Virus record (IMG/VR): IMGVR_UViG_3300048687_000070
Location: 24,185 to 88,184 of that record
Direction: 5' to 3' (one strand)
Length of the DNA stretch: 64,000 nt
Origin: a virus
The notes beneath the pieces were generated by a model. That model was not told where the DNA came from and searched no databases. It was given only the letters and a program-made list of their open reading frames with translations. How positions within the stretch are numbered: position 1 is the stretch's first letter; every line of letters begins with the position of its first letter. Positions 9,675 to 18,549 of this stretch are shown here, piece after piece. The translations under genes and the position numbers were made by a program.

Positions 9675-10093
9675 CCGGCCAGCCCGCCGTGATCGAGTGC
9701 CTGTACGGCATTGAGGCCGGTCACTACGACGGCAACGACGAGTGGCAGCCGCAGCGTGTCGTCGCCTTCCGGATCACGAAGAAGACCGCTCGGCGGATCT
9801 ACTACGACGCCAACCTGACCGGCAACCGGGCGGCGCAGATCCGCTTTGTGCCACGGCAGTTGATCGAGGCCGAGGGCACGGTCTGCCGCAAGTCCGCTGG
9901 TTGGTGGGAGTCCGACCTTCAGCTGTGGCTGGAGCCGCCGCAGACATGGCCGCCCAAGCAGCAGCCGGACTTGAACCAGCTGAAGTCCGAGATGGCCGCA
10001 GCGCACCCCGACCGCGGCGGCACAGATGAGGCGTTCATCGCGGCCAGGCGCCGATACGAGGACGCAAAGGCCGCCAGCACCCCCGCCCCGTGA
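9671..10093 (+). CDS. Protein with C-terminal truncated J-domain (HPD motif)
   Basis: AAAHPDRGGTDEAFIAARRRYE. Confidence 0.65.
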   Translation: MTGQPAVIECLYGIEAGHYDGNDEWQPQRVVAFRITKKTARRIYYDANLTGNRAAQIRFVPRQLIEAEGTVCRKSAGWWESDLQLWLEPPQTWPPKQQPDLNQLKSEMAAAHPDRGGTDEAFIAARRRYEDAKAASTPAP

Positions 10094-10167
10094 TCACAGC
10101 AGCGCACCGCCCGGCGCGTATCCGGGCGGTGCTCCGCCGATCGTCCCACAGCCCACAGGAGAACCCC

Positions 10168-11169
10168 ATGACTGAGAAGCCCGAGACCTGCCCGAACTGC
10201 CATCACTCGCACCACCTGCCCGGCACTGAGTGCGCGACCCCGGTCAACCACGGCCCGAACCGATTCCACCTCTGCCTCTGCCTGGCCCGACCGGGCGCGG
10301 CGGCTGCTTGCCCGCCCCAGATGACCTGCCAGGGCGGGACGCTCGGATACAGCGACATCTGGTATCTCCAGCGCGGGCACACCGTGTCGACACCAGACGG
10401 AGAGATCTCGCCGGAAGTCCTGACCGCCGCCCCGTCTGCGCCCGCCGACCAGAACCTCCGCGACCGCATCCGCCGCGCGATTTGCGAGGCTGAGGGCTTC
10501 GCTTGGGACACCGACATGCTGGAGCCCGACGAGTACGGCGAAGTCGCCGACGCCGTCCTGGCCGTCCTCCCCGCGGGGGCCACGGCTGACATCCGGAAGC
10601 TCGTCAAGCGCCTTGTCGCCCACGCGAAGGGCTTTCAGGACGTGCTCGACGAGGGCGATAGCGGGGCGTGGGGGAGGACGGTCGGCGCGGACATCGAGGA
10701 GCTGCGTGCCGCTGTGGTCGACCGTCCCGCGCCCGCCGACCGGGCCGCCGTGGCAGACGTCGCAGCGGCCATCGTCGCGGCGCTCCAGGAGCGGGCCGGT
10801 GAACTGTCCGATCTGGCCGAGGAGCAGATGCGCCCGAGCCTGGAAGAGCGAGCGCAGGAGTGGCGCGAGGCAGCGTCCGTCGCGCGCCGCATGGTCGACG
10901 AGGCGCAGCAGGCTCCGCCCGCCGTCGATCGCCGCGACGTGCAGGCCGTCCTCACCGAAACCGTCGCCGTGTACGCCGCCGACCGGCTCGGCGTGAGCGT
11001 GGCCGATGTCCTGGACGCCGCCGCCGACGCTTCGGCCGCCAAGCGCGCCCCGACACGGCCTGCCGGGTGGGCGCAGGGCCGGGAGTGGAAAGCCGACCTG
11101 CTCCACCAGCAGGCCGACGCGATGCGGGCCGCCGACGAGGCGCAGCAGGCGGGGGAGGGTCGTGGCTGA
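10168..11169 (+). CDS. Hypothetical mosaic phage protein
   Basis: AGGAG RBS; Cys/His-rich N-terminus. Confidence 0.7.
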   Translation: MTEKPETCPNCHHSHHLPGTECATPVNHGPNRFHLCLCLARPGAAAACPPQMTCQGGTLGYSDIWYLQRGHTVSTPDGEISPEVLTAAPSAPADQNLRDRIRRAICEAEGFAWDTDMLEPDEYGEVADAVLAVLPAGATADIRKLVKRLVAHAKGFQDVLDEGDSGAWGRTVGADIEELRAAVVDRPAPADRAAVADVAAAIVAALQERAGELSDLAEEQMRPSLEERAQEWREAASVARRMVDEAQQAPPAVDRRDVQAVLTETVAVYAADRLGVSVADVLDAAADASAAKRAPTRPAGWAQGREWKADLLHQQADAMRAADEAQQAGEGRG

Positions 11170-11527
11170 CGACCAGGCGACGTGGGGCCGCTACGGAACG
11201 CCGTGCGCCAACGAGCGCTACCTCGCGCACTTCGGGCTGCAGGTCGATCCGTGGCGGCTCGATGAGTGCCGGGAGTGCGAGTTCTGCGGGAGCTGCCAGA
11301 TCCACATCTGCTACCGCGACGACGCGTCCACGCTCCTGCACCGCGACTGGTTCAAGGACTTCGCGAACCCAGACGACACCGTGTGCGGGCATGTGGGCGG
11401 ACCGGCGCATCTCGTGCCGAGCCAATACCAGCCCCGGCCCTGCCAGCTCCCGGCCGGCCATGAGGGCAAGCACCGGTCCCGCATGGGCTGGTCCTGGCCC
11501 GTCGCCAAGACAGCACCCGCCAACTAG
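11162..11527 (+). CDS. Cys/His-rich hypothetical protein
   Basis: GGAGG RBS; CQLPAGHEGKH motif. Confidence 0.65.
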   Translation: MADDQATWGRYGTPCANERYLAHFGLQVDPWRLDECRECEFCGSCQIHICYRDDASTLLHRDWFKDFANPDDTVCGHVGGPAHLVPSQYQPRPCQLPAGHEGKHRSRMGWSWPVAKTAPAN

Positions 11528-11548
11528 CCCACCCACCTGGAGGAATCC

Positions 11549-11947
11549 GTGTCATATCCGCAACTGCTCACCCCCGCCGAGAAGCTCACCGACGCGAAGG
11601 AGCGGCTGAGTATCCCGACGGTCGTCGCCATCTGCGGCTCCACCCGCTTCATGGACGACATGAACGCCGCCGACGCCGAGCTCACGTGGGCCGGCCACAT
11701 CGTCGTCAAGCCCGGCTGCAACATGAAGCAGCCCCACGAACTGTGGGCCGACGAGACGGAAGCCGAGGCCGGGAAGCAGCGGCTCGACGATCTCCACCGG
11801 GCGAAGGTCAGGCTCGCCGACCAGGTGCTCGTCGTCGGCAACTACGTGGGCGACTCGACCCGCGCGGAGATCGCCTACGCGCGGGAGTTGGGCAAGCCCG
11901 TCACGTTCACCCACCCCGAGGTGGACCCGGCAGGGGATGCGGCCTGA
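11549..11947 (+). CDS. Nucleoside 2-deoxyribosyltransferase-like (Rossmann-type) protein
   Basis: VVAICGSTRF ... LHRAKVRLADQVLVV..YVGDSTRAEIAYARELGKPV. Confidence 0.65.
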   Translation: MSYPQLLTPAEKLTDAKERLSIPTVVAICGSTRFMDDMNAADAELTWAGHIVVKPGCNMKQPHELWADETEAEAGKQRLDDLHRAKVRLADQVLVVGNYVGDSTRAEIAYARELGKPVTFTHPEVDPAGDAA

Positions 11948-12210
11948 TGCCCCGATTCCGTAAGCGGCCTGTCGAGATCGAGGCGCAGCAGTTCACCCGC
12001 GAGACGTTCCGCGCCGGAGTCCGCTTCGTACCGCTCGACCAGTTCGGATCGGCCGGAGAGGCGGACGACGGCACCGTCTTCATGACCATCAAGACGCTCG
12101 AAGGCGTCATGCGCGTCGACGAAGGCGACTGGATCATCCGAGGCGTCGAAGGCGAGCACTACCCCTGCAAGCCCGCGATCTTCGACAAGACCTACGAGCC
12201 CGCCAACTAG
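11947..12210 (+). CDS. Widespread small phage protein (RKKPV..TLEG..GDWII..YPCKP family)
   Basis: RFRKRPVEIEAQQF, IKTLEG, GDWIIRGVEGEHYPCKPAIFDKTYE. Confidence 0.8.
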   Translation: MPRFRKRPVEIEAQQFTRETFRAGVRFVPLDQFGSAGEADDGTVFMTIKTLEGVMRVDEGDWIIRGVEGEHYPCKPAIFDKTYEPAN

Positions 12211-12221
12211 CCCACCCCCTT

Positions 12222-12254
12222 GGGGTGGGGCGGCATCCTCCGCCGCCCCACCCC
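12222..12254 (+). terminator. Stem-loop, probable intrinsic terminator
   Basis: GGGGTGGGGCGGC-loop-GCCGCCCCACCCC just after stop 12210. Confidence 0.6.
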
Positions 12255-12274
12255 GCACCGACAGGAGACGCACC

Positions 12275-12859
12275 GTGCATGATCCGCTGACCGTCGCGTT
12301 CGAGATCCGCCGCCCCTGGCCACGGACCGAAAACTGGAAGACTGAGCAAGCCGCGCGCACCGGACAGCGCTGGCAGATCGGCGCCGCCTTCTGGGTGCTC
12401 GCTGGCCGTGGCCTCTACTGGCCCTGCATGATCACCGTCTGGCACCGGGACCCGTCTGGCTATGACGACACCACCTGTCACGGCAAGCGGTGGCGTCTCC
12501 ACCTTCACCACTGGCGCATTCAGGTGTCGCTCCTACAGCATCTGCGCCGCCGCCTCCGTACCCGGTGCGCATGGTGCGGCGGGCGTGACCGAAAGGGTGA
12601 CGCGATCAACGTGTCCCATGACTGGGACCGCCCGCGAACCCGGTGGTGGCAGGGCGAACGGGGTCTCTACCACCGCGACTGCTCGCTGATCAGGAGCGCT
12701 CACTCGACCTGCGTCTGTGATCAGCCCGTACTCGAACACGACGGGTGGGGGAGGTGCGCGCGCTGCACTCGTCACCGGAGCTACGGCGCGACAGCCGAGT
12801 GGATAGACCGGGCCCGAATGCTGTCTGCCCTCCCGCACGGAGAGCGGAGCCAGTCGTGA
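12275..12859 (+). CDS. Hypothetical Trp/Cys-rich phage protein
   Basis: AGGAG RBS; ITVWHRDP motif. Confidence 0.7.
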   Translation: MHDPLTVAFEIRRPWPRTENWKTEQAARTGQRWQIGAAFWVLAGRGLYWPCMITVWHRDPSGYDDTTCHGKRWRLHLHHWRIQVSLLQHLRRRLRTRCAWCGGRDRKGDAINVSHDWDRPRTRWWQGERGLYHRDCSLIRSAHSTCVCDQPVLEHDGWGRCARCTRHRSYGATAEWIDRARMLSALPHGERSQS

Positions 12860-13053
12860 CCGCCCGCCGACAGCCCGTCATGCCGTCGCTGCGTATGTGG
12901 CAGATCCTCACCCGCTGCTACCGCGGCGAGAACCGCGGCGATGTCCTTGAACGCGCCCTCGTCATGCTCGCCAACGCCGACGGCCACCTGCTGCCCAACG
13001 GGCAGATCAAGAACGGCGTCGGCGGCAGGCCTGTCACCCGGAGGCCGTCATGA
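12856..13053 (+). CDS. Hypothetical protein
   Basis: GTGA coupling. Confidence 0.6.
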   Translation: MTARRQPVMPSLRMWQILTRCYRGENRGDVLERALVMLANADGHLLPNGQIKNGVGGRPVTRRPS

Positions 13054-13210
13054 CCGGCCCGTCGTCCACCCCCCGCGCCGAGCACACGCCCCGCCCCAAC
13101 GTTTGGTGGATCACCACCGTCGGATGGTCCGGCGAGCAGGTCATAGCCGACGACGCTCCCGACCCCAAGCCGAACCGGGCCACCCGACGAGCCGCACGAC
13201 GGAGGAAGAA

Positions 13211-13417
13211 GTGAACCGCCACACCGCCAACACGATCACCGACGAAGCCCTCGACGCCCTGTACGACGAGCTCGACGCCCTCCGCGTCCCCGGCGCCGAC
13301 GGTGCGCCGACCGTGCCGCTGTACCGGTGGCAGGACGAACGCCGCCGCCGCGTCATAGCCGAACGCGAACTCGCCGGCGTCCGCGCCGAACTCGCCCGGC
13401 GCCGCAACCACCGCTGA
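13211..13417 (+). CDS. Hypothetical protein
   Basis: GGAGG RBS; TITDEALDALY motif. Confidence 0.6.
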   Translation: MNRHTANTITDEALDALYDELDALRVPGADGAPTVPLYRWQDERRRRVIAERELAGVRAELARRRNHR

Positions 13418-13458
13418 GCCACAGCCCGCCCCGCACGCCCGCCAAGGAGCACCACGCC

Positions 13459-14097
13459 ATGCACCTCGACGACGCCACTGTCCCCGCCTGCTCGATCTGC
13501 CGCAGCGGCCTGTACGAGTACGAGTTGAACCACCAGGCCTGCCGGCCGTGTGCCGACCGCATTGACCAGCAGCTGCGGGGGCTCGCCGGATCGGACGGCC
13601 TGTACGCCCGCCTGCGCCTTGCTCTCACCCCCGGATCGGGCGGGGGCGGCCCCGCGGTCTCGGGGAGCCGCACAGCCCCGCTCCCGGTCCGCCTGGAGCC
13701 GCTGTCGCTGTCGTCCCGCGGCGGCATCGTCACGATCCTGCAGACCTGGCTCGTCGACTGGCACGAGCAGCTCGCGTACCGGTACCCGCGGTGGGACGGC
13801 AACCTGCAGCAGCAGTGTGACCAGGCCGTCCAACGCCTCCGCGTCCTCCTGCCCTGGGCGGTCGAACAGCACCCCGCCATCGCAGAGTTCGCCCACGAAC
13901 TGGCCACGATCACGCGCCAGTGCCGCGGACAGGTCGACGGCGAACGCCCGCCCCGCCGCGTCCACGTCGAATGCGGCTGCGGGCAACGGCTCAGCTTCAC
14001 GCTCGACACGCTCGGGCTGCGCTGCCCCACCTGCCAGACCCAGCACGGGCACGGGGAGCTGTTGCGGCTCCCGCTGGCGGAGAGACGGGCGGCGTGA
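13459..14097 (+). CDS. Zn-ribbon protein ending the early operon (possible late-gene regulator)
   Basis: N- and C-terminal CxxC pairs; last gene before a terminator. Confidence 0.65.
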   Translation: MHLDDATVPACSICRSGLYEYELNHQACRPCADRIDQQLRGLAGSDGLYARLRLALTPGSGGGGPAVSGSRTAPLPVRLEPLSLSSRGGIVTILQTWLVDWHEQLAYRYPRWDGNLQQQCDQAVQRLRVLLPWAVEQHPAIAEFAHELATITRQCRGQVDGERPPRRVHVECGCGQRLSFTLDTLGLRCPTCQTQHGHGELLRLPLAERRAA

Positions 14098-14138
14098 AGC
14101 ACTCGACCCGCTAACAGATCTCCGAATCCACGACGAGT

Positions 14139-14174
14139 AAGGCCCCCGTCAGGCATTGGCCTGGCGGGGGCCTT
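14139..14174. terminator. Intrinsic terminator
   Basis: AAGGCCCCCGTCAGGC / GCCTGGCGGGGGCCTT inverted repeat. Confidence 0.7.
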
Positions 14175-14196
14175 CTGCATCCCTGAAGGAGTCTCC

Positions 14197-14385
14197 ATGA
14201 AAGACATCGCCAATGCCGACCCTGCCGTCCTCGCCATCCTTGGTGGAACCGCATGCACCATCACCTTGATTATCGTCGTCGGATGGATCGCTAACGGCAT
14301 CGTCCAGGCAGGTGACCGGACTGGCGTCGCCGCGTGCTTCCGGGCCCTCGGCGAACTGGTGAAGTCGTTTCGGCGACGAGCGTGA
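14197..14385 (+). CDS. Small membrane protein
   Basis: AAGGAG RBS; single TM segment. Confidence 0.6.
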   Translation: MKDIANADPAVLAILGGTACTITLIIVVGWIANGIVQAGDRTGVAACFRALGELVKSFRRRA

Positions 14386-14387
14386 CC

Positions 14388-14576
14388 TCAATCCCGGGAC
14401 GGCACCCGGGCGGCCAGGTTCCCCAGCAGGTACCGGGCGAACTCCTCGTCGACCCTGTCGCCGTCGAGGACCGCGGCGAGCAGCATCAGCAGCTCCTGCG
14501 CCTCCTCCAACGTCAACAGGGGGAGGCGCACGGCCGGCGGATCCACGGCCATCGGCACGTCAGGGAAATCGTCCAC
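14388..14576 (-). CDS. Small hypothetical protein
   Basis: LPLLTLEEAQELL...NLAARVPS; start uncertain. Confidence 0.55.
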   Translation of the reverse strand: MDDFPDVPMAVDPPAVRLPLLTLEEAQELLMLLAAVLDGDRVDEEFARYLLGNLAARVPSRD

Positions 14577-14592
14577 GAGCAGCACAACGACA

Positions 14593-14622
14593 CGGCCCCC
14601 ACCTCGACACGAGGTGGGGGCC
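14593..14622 (-). terminator. Stem-loop terminator
   Basis: GGCCCCCACCTCG / GAGGTGGGGGCC inverted repeat downstream of the 14658..14954 gene. Confidence 0.6.
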
Positions 14623-14657
14623 GCGGTCGTGCGTGCGGGGTCAGGCGGCAACGGGCC

Positions 14658-14954
14658 TCAGCCCGCGTCAGGCAGCTGCTCATCCGCAGGCAGCGGCGGC
14701 ACCTCCTTGAGCCCGGCCGCCTTCGCGGCCTCTCGCCGCGGATCCCTCAACACCGATCGGATCCACGACTTCGTCAACCCCAGCCGTGCAGCCAGCGCAT
14801 CCATCGGCACCCCACGCCGGTTAGCCGCACTCAACGCCAAATTCCGGCGCAACTTCAGCCGGCTCACCGCAGCATCCGACGCCAGCCAGCGATGCCATAC
14901 CGCCGCGAACGCCAACAATGCCTGACCGGATAAGTGGTCCCACTTGTCCTTCAC
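14658..14954 (-). CDS. Small HTH protein containing a TTA codon
   Basis: GVPMDALAARLGLTKSWIRSVL; TTA at 14931-14933. Confidence 0.55.
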   Translation of the reverse strand: MKDKWDHLSGQALLAFAAVWHRWLASDAAVSRLKLRRNLALSAANRRGVPMDALAARLGLTKSWIRSVLRDPRREAAKAAGLKEVPPLPADEQLPDAG

Positions 14955-15248
14955 GAGGCCCCCCAGAGGTTGAAGCCACAACCCGTTGAAAGGTCACCGT
15001 CAGACGGAATGCGGGCCTCGACAAGAGCGCAGAACGGCGCACACAACGCCCCCGCAACTGCGACGGCGCAGCAACGGGGGCGCATGCGGGGCTCGCGGGG
15101 GAGCCGTCTCAGGCGCGAGAAACCTCGAGCCCCTCCGGCAGTACCGGTCGCGGCCAGTCGAATACCTCCGCCAGGAGCATCCGCGCCGCGGTGTCGTGCT
15201 CGAACTCCGACCGGTTCGGCGGCATTGCCAGAAGGCGAGGGCTCGGTG

Positions 15249-15842
15249 CTAGGCGCCGGCCACGCTAGTGCTCATGCCAACGATCAGCGCTTTGCCGGTG
15301 GAGCGACTCACTAAGCCTTGGGCGACTAGTAGCTGAAGTCCACGGCGGACGGTGAGTTGACTGACGCCGAACTCGAAGGCCAAGGACACGACTCCAGGAA
15401 GCTGCGCCCCCGTGTCGTAATCTCCGGACGTGATCTGTTGCGAGATCTGCTCGGCGACAAGCTCAGGCATTGAGATCTTCCGCCGCCTGCTCTCCTTGTC
15501 CACGGCGAGACCTCGCAGGAAGAGAGCTTCCTTCGCGGCCTTGGCGCGAGGAGATGCGGCCTGCTTAGGGGGCTGCCAGCCTTGATCCCGATCAGCGACA
15601 GTCGGGACGTGTGCCCGATTGTGGATTGCGCCCTCGGTGCGTATCGCGGCGAGTTCAGCGACTTCCGCCTCCCGTCGAGACTCGAACCACTGGACTCGCT
15701 CCCCGCGGACATCTGGCCACCAGGTCTTGGCGTGTTCCAGGGCGTGCTGCTTCCACCGGCGGTGCGGGTTGCTAGAGATCCCGACGTACAGGAGGCGGTC
15801 GTCCGCGTCGTAGAGGCGGTATAGAGCGGTCCGTTCCGTCAT
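15249..15842 (-). CDS. GIY-YIG-like domain fused to GntR winged HTH
   Basis: TALYRLYD..LLYVGIS..RRW.QH...E..AI...N, then I.SGDY..GAQLPG..LAFEFGVSQLTVRRGL. Confidence 0.85.
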   Translation of the reverse strand: MTERTALYRLYDADDRLLYVGISSNPHRRWKQHALEHAKTWWPDVRGERVQWFESRREAEVAELAAIRTEGAIHNRAHVPTVADRDQGWQPPKQAASPRAKAAKEALFLRGLAVDKESRRRKISMPELVAEQISQQITSGDYDTGAQLPGVVSLAFEFGVSQLTVRRGLQLLVAQGLVSRSTGKALIVGMSTSVAGA

Positions 15843-16588
15843 TCTGGCCTCCGGCTATACCGTGCCAGCGCGCCCTGGGTTGTGGACGCTTCCTGAAGTG
15901 AGAGCGCCCATGGTCCGGTGTTGGTGTCCATGTCCTTGCCGAAGCCCACCCACTTGCCGATCATGCGTGTGCCTGTCGGCTCGACGAGCATCTGGATCGC
16001 CCCGTGGTAGCGGGCGCCCCGGTAGTAGCCGTCGGTTGCGGTCTGCTCAACCCAGGTGCCGGTAATGACGCTGCCGTCGACCGTCAGGTCCATGGTCAGC
16101 GGGGAGTCCGGGTTCGTGGACGCGCCAGGGAGGGATCGGACCGTGAGGCGGTTCCCACGCTGGAGCACGAGCACGTAGTGCTGGGCGACGAAGGTCTCGT
16201 CGCGCCCACTGGAGTAGAACTCGTAGCGCGACAGCCAGACACCGTTGTAGCTGCTCCGGGGGGACGCCTGGGGTACCGGGCCCGGGGCCGGCGGGGCGAC
16301 ACCTTCCGGAGATGGCCGGACGTCGTGACCACCAGAGCCGTCTTCGGAGACGTGAGGGAAGTTGGCCGACGCGGAGAAGCCGAGCTCCTCGACCGCCATT
16401 CCGGTTACTGCTTCAAGGGCGCGAATGTAGGGCGGCTGAGGGCGCCGTGTCTGCCCTGACTCCCATCGTTGGACGAGCCGCTTGTTGGCTGCTGCTGCCC
16501 CGTTCTCCTTGAGCGCGGATGCGAAGCCCTCCTGACTCAGGAGCATGCCCATGCGGACAGCCCGGAGTGTGGCGTTTGGTGTCGTCAT
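15839..16588 (-). CDS. XRE regulator with C-terminal beta-barrel domain
   Basis: LRAVR..LSQEGFA..VQRWESG HTH; GVWLSRYE...TGTW..YHGAIQ...GKWVG beta-rich C-terminus. Confidence 0.8.
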   Translation of the reverse strand: MTTPNATLRAVRMGMLLSQEGFASALKENGAAAANKRLVQRWESGQTRRPQPPYIRALEAVTGMAVEELGFSASANFPHVSEDGSGGHDVRPSPEGVAPPAPGPVPQASPRSSYNGVWLSRYEFYSSGRDETFVAQHYVLVLQRGNRLTVRSLPGASTNPDSPLTMDLTVDGSVITGTWVEQTATDGYYRGARYHGAIQMLVEPTGTRMIGKWVGFGKDMDTNTGPWALSLQEASTTQGALARYSRRPE

Positions 16589-16599
16589 GCAAGTAACGG

Positions 16600-16735
16600 T
16601 AGCCAGCGAAGCTAGGGAATGACACCGGTTTGACGCCCTAATGACGTCAAAGGGACGTCACGTTTGCCGTCGCGGGAAGCGGAGGTGCGGGGTCACTGTG
16701 TGGTCATGACTGATCACGGCATGCCCCCGGCTCGG
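16600..16735. promoter_or_regulatory. Operator-like TGAC repeats upstream of the XRE gene
   Basis: ATGACACC, TTGACGCC, ATGACGTCA and GGACGTCA clustered in 16619-16660. Confidence 0.4.
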
Positions 16736-16954
16736 CTATTCCTCGGTCCCTGGCGTCTCGCTGGCGCCAGCGGCCAGCACGATCCGCCGCACCTGTTGGC
16801 GGGTGTACCCCGTCGCGTCGCAGATGTCCTTCTGGGTTACGCCGTCGCTGTCGGCGTCCCGAATGGCGACAGCAAGCGCCTGGCGCAGGACTTCAGTCCG
16901 CATCTCGGCGTCCCTGAACTGCTTCGCCACCTGCTCCAGTGATCGCTTGTCCAT
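16736..16954 (-). CDS. Small HTH protein
   Basis: GVTQKDICDATGYTRQQVRRI. Confidence 0.75.
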   Translation of the reverse strand: MDKRSLEQVAKQFRDAEMRTEVLRQALAVAIRDADSDGVTQKDICDATGYTRQQVRRIVLAAGASETPGTEE

Positions 16955-17160
16955 GCAAGTTAGTGTCCCATCCGCTGGCATGTGACATGACGTTACGTGA
17001 ACAGCTCGAAATTGCCTAGGTCTAACGCTTGACGGAGGGAACATCGTGTTCCTATGGTGGAGCTCGTTGGAAGGCAAGACGCCAACAAAAATGGCCCCGC
17101 CCGGTGTTGGAGCACCGAAGCGAGGCCTAGGTCAGACGCCCTCAGTACAGGGAGACCAAC
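16955..17160. promoter_or_regulatory. Divergent promoter region between regulators and transfer operon
   Basis: Lower GC; TTGACG at ~17029; imperfect palindromes TGTGACATGACGTTACG and GAACATCGTGTTC. Confidence 0.55.
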
Positions 17161-17162
17161 TC

Positions 17163-17606
17163 ATGAGCACAACCGTACAGCCCGCGCCCCTGGCGCTGGA
17201 GTCCACTTCCCGTCTCGTCCCGGCGATGGTTGGCCGGCCGGGCGCCACGCAGACCGTATGGATCACCTGCCCCGCATGGTGCTCCCAGGACCACCTCGCT
17301 GACCGTGAGGTCGCGATCGAGGACATCGACCACTACTCGACCCCGTCGGGCTGGAGTGTCGGTTCGATCCTCGCCCCTGACGAGGCCGTGCACGACCTGT
17401 ACGTGCGGGTCCACTCGGACCCGATGCACGAGCTGCCCGCTCTGCGTGAGGCGCATGTCCTCCTCGGCAACGGCTCGCCGTTCGACTCGTACCTGACGCC
17501 GGACATGGCGGAGGCGACGGCCGACGAGCTGGTCGCCATGGCCTCCCAGATCCGCCAGGCCGCCACCATCGCCCGCGAGCAGCAGGTCGGGGAGGTGTCG
17601 TCATGA
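17163..17606 (+). CDS. DUF6907-like protein
   Basis: TCPAWC..DH...DIDH..LTPDMAE motif seen in actinomycete mobile elements. Confidence 0.7.
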   Translation: MSTTVQPAPLALESTSRLVPAMVGRPGATQTVWITCPAWCSQDHLADREVAIEDIDHYSTPSGWSVGSILAPDEAVHDLYVRVHSDPMHELPALREAHVLLGNGSPFDSYLTPDMAEATADELVAMASQIRQAATIAREQQVGEVSS

Positions 17607-17821
17607 CGACCACCCTGAGCCCCGCCGACGTTGCCGCCCACGAGCTGGCCTCCTATGTCCGTCCCCGCCGGATCCTGCAGCGTTTCCCGGCTGGTGGCCC
17701 GCGCGGCTCCTGGCCGGCGGAGGAGTACGCGAACCAGCGTCGCCTGGAGGGTCAGCCCGCCGAGGTCGTGATGGATCTTCGGTCTGACGCGTTCCTGGTG
17801 ATCGTCCGGGAGGCGTCGTGA
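17603..17821 (+). CDS. Hypothetical protein
   Basis: GGAGG RBS; ATGA coupling. Confidence 0.65.
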   Translation: MTTTLSPADVAAHELASYVRPRRILQRFPAGGPRGSWPAEEYANQRRLEGQPAEVVMDLRSDAFLVIVREAS

Positions 17822-18081
17822 GTGGCTCTCGGTTGACGTCCGCGGTGCAGGCGGTGATTGCGGTCGGTCGGGCGATGCGGGCTGCGGATCCGTTGCCGGA
17901 TGCGTCGCCGTGGCTGGTGTTTGAGCTGCGGGATCCGGCCGGCGAGCTGCTTTTTGACGGTCATCTGTCGTGGCTGGGTGCGGAGCGGGTGGTGGCGGTG
18001 TTGGAGGCGGCTGCGGCCGTGCAGCACCGTCGGCCGGCCGCTCCGACTCGCCCGCGGTTGCATCTGGTGCGTAACCCCTAG
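17818..18081 (+). CDS. Hypothetical protein
   Basis: GGAGG RBS; GTGA coupling. Confidence 0.55.
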   Translation: MSGSRLTSAVQAVIAVGRAMRAADPLPDASPWLVFELRDPAGELLFDGHLSWLGAERVVAVLEAAAAVQHRRPAAPTRPRLHLVRNP

Positions 18082-18166
18082 ACCGCCGCGGTCGACGGTC
18101 GATCCCCCCATCCCGTCGGCCGCGGCGCCCACCCACACCCCAACTTCCCGAGAGGGCTTGATCGTG

Positions 18167-18406
18167 ATGTCTCCGTTCCTGTCCGACGCCGATCTGGGCG
18201 TCACCGACATCGGCCGCAAGAAGCGCGCCTCGACGACCGTCGGCGACGTGTCGGACGCCTACGCCGCCCAGCTGATCGACGAGTACCTGGCCGCGCGCGC
18301 CGCCCGCAGCTTCGAGCTCATGGCGTTGATCCGCGACCACGCCGCCGCGATCGACCCGCTCCTCGTCGACGAGCTCGACGGCATCGACTACCCGGCCGCC
18401 GCCTGA
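18167..18406 (+). CDS. Hypothetical protein
   Basis: High-GC3 ORF starting MSPFLSDADLG. Confidence 0.6.
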   Translation: MSPFLSDADLGVTDIGRKKRASTTVGDVSDAYAAQLIDEYLAARAARSFELMALIRDHAAAIDPLLVDELDGIDYPAAA

Positions 18407-18549
18407 TGTGGGGCCAGCTGCTGGTCATCGTCATCGTCGGCGCCCTGTTCCTCGCGACGGGCTGGCTTCGGTGGCGCATCGAGCAGCCGGAGCGGGTCGA
18501 GTGTCGTGGCCACGGCTGCTGCCACACCTGCTGCAAGGGAGCTGCGTGA
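18406..18549 (+). CDS. 47-aa membrane peptide with Cys-rich tail (not in ORF track)
   Basis: MWGQLLVIVIVGALFLATGWL...CRGHGCCHTCCKGAA; TGATG-coupled on both sides. Confidence 0.6.
   Translation: MWGQLLVIVIVGALFLATGWLRWRIEQPERVECRGHGCCHTCCKGAA

Noticed and set aside
17037-17053. LexA box GAACATCGTGTTC
   Set aside because: Spacer is 5 nt rather than 4 and the flanks do not match; more likely a local operator.
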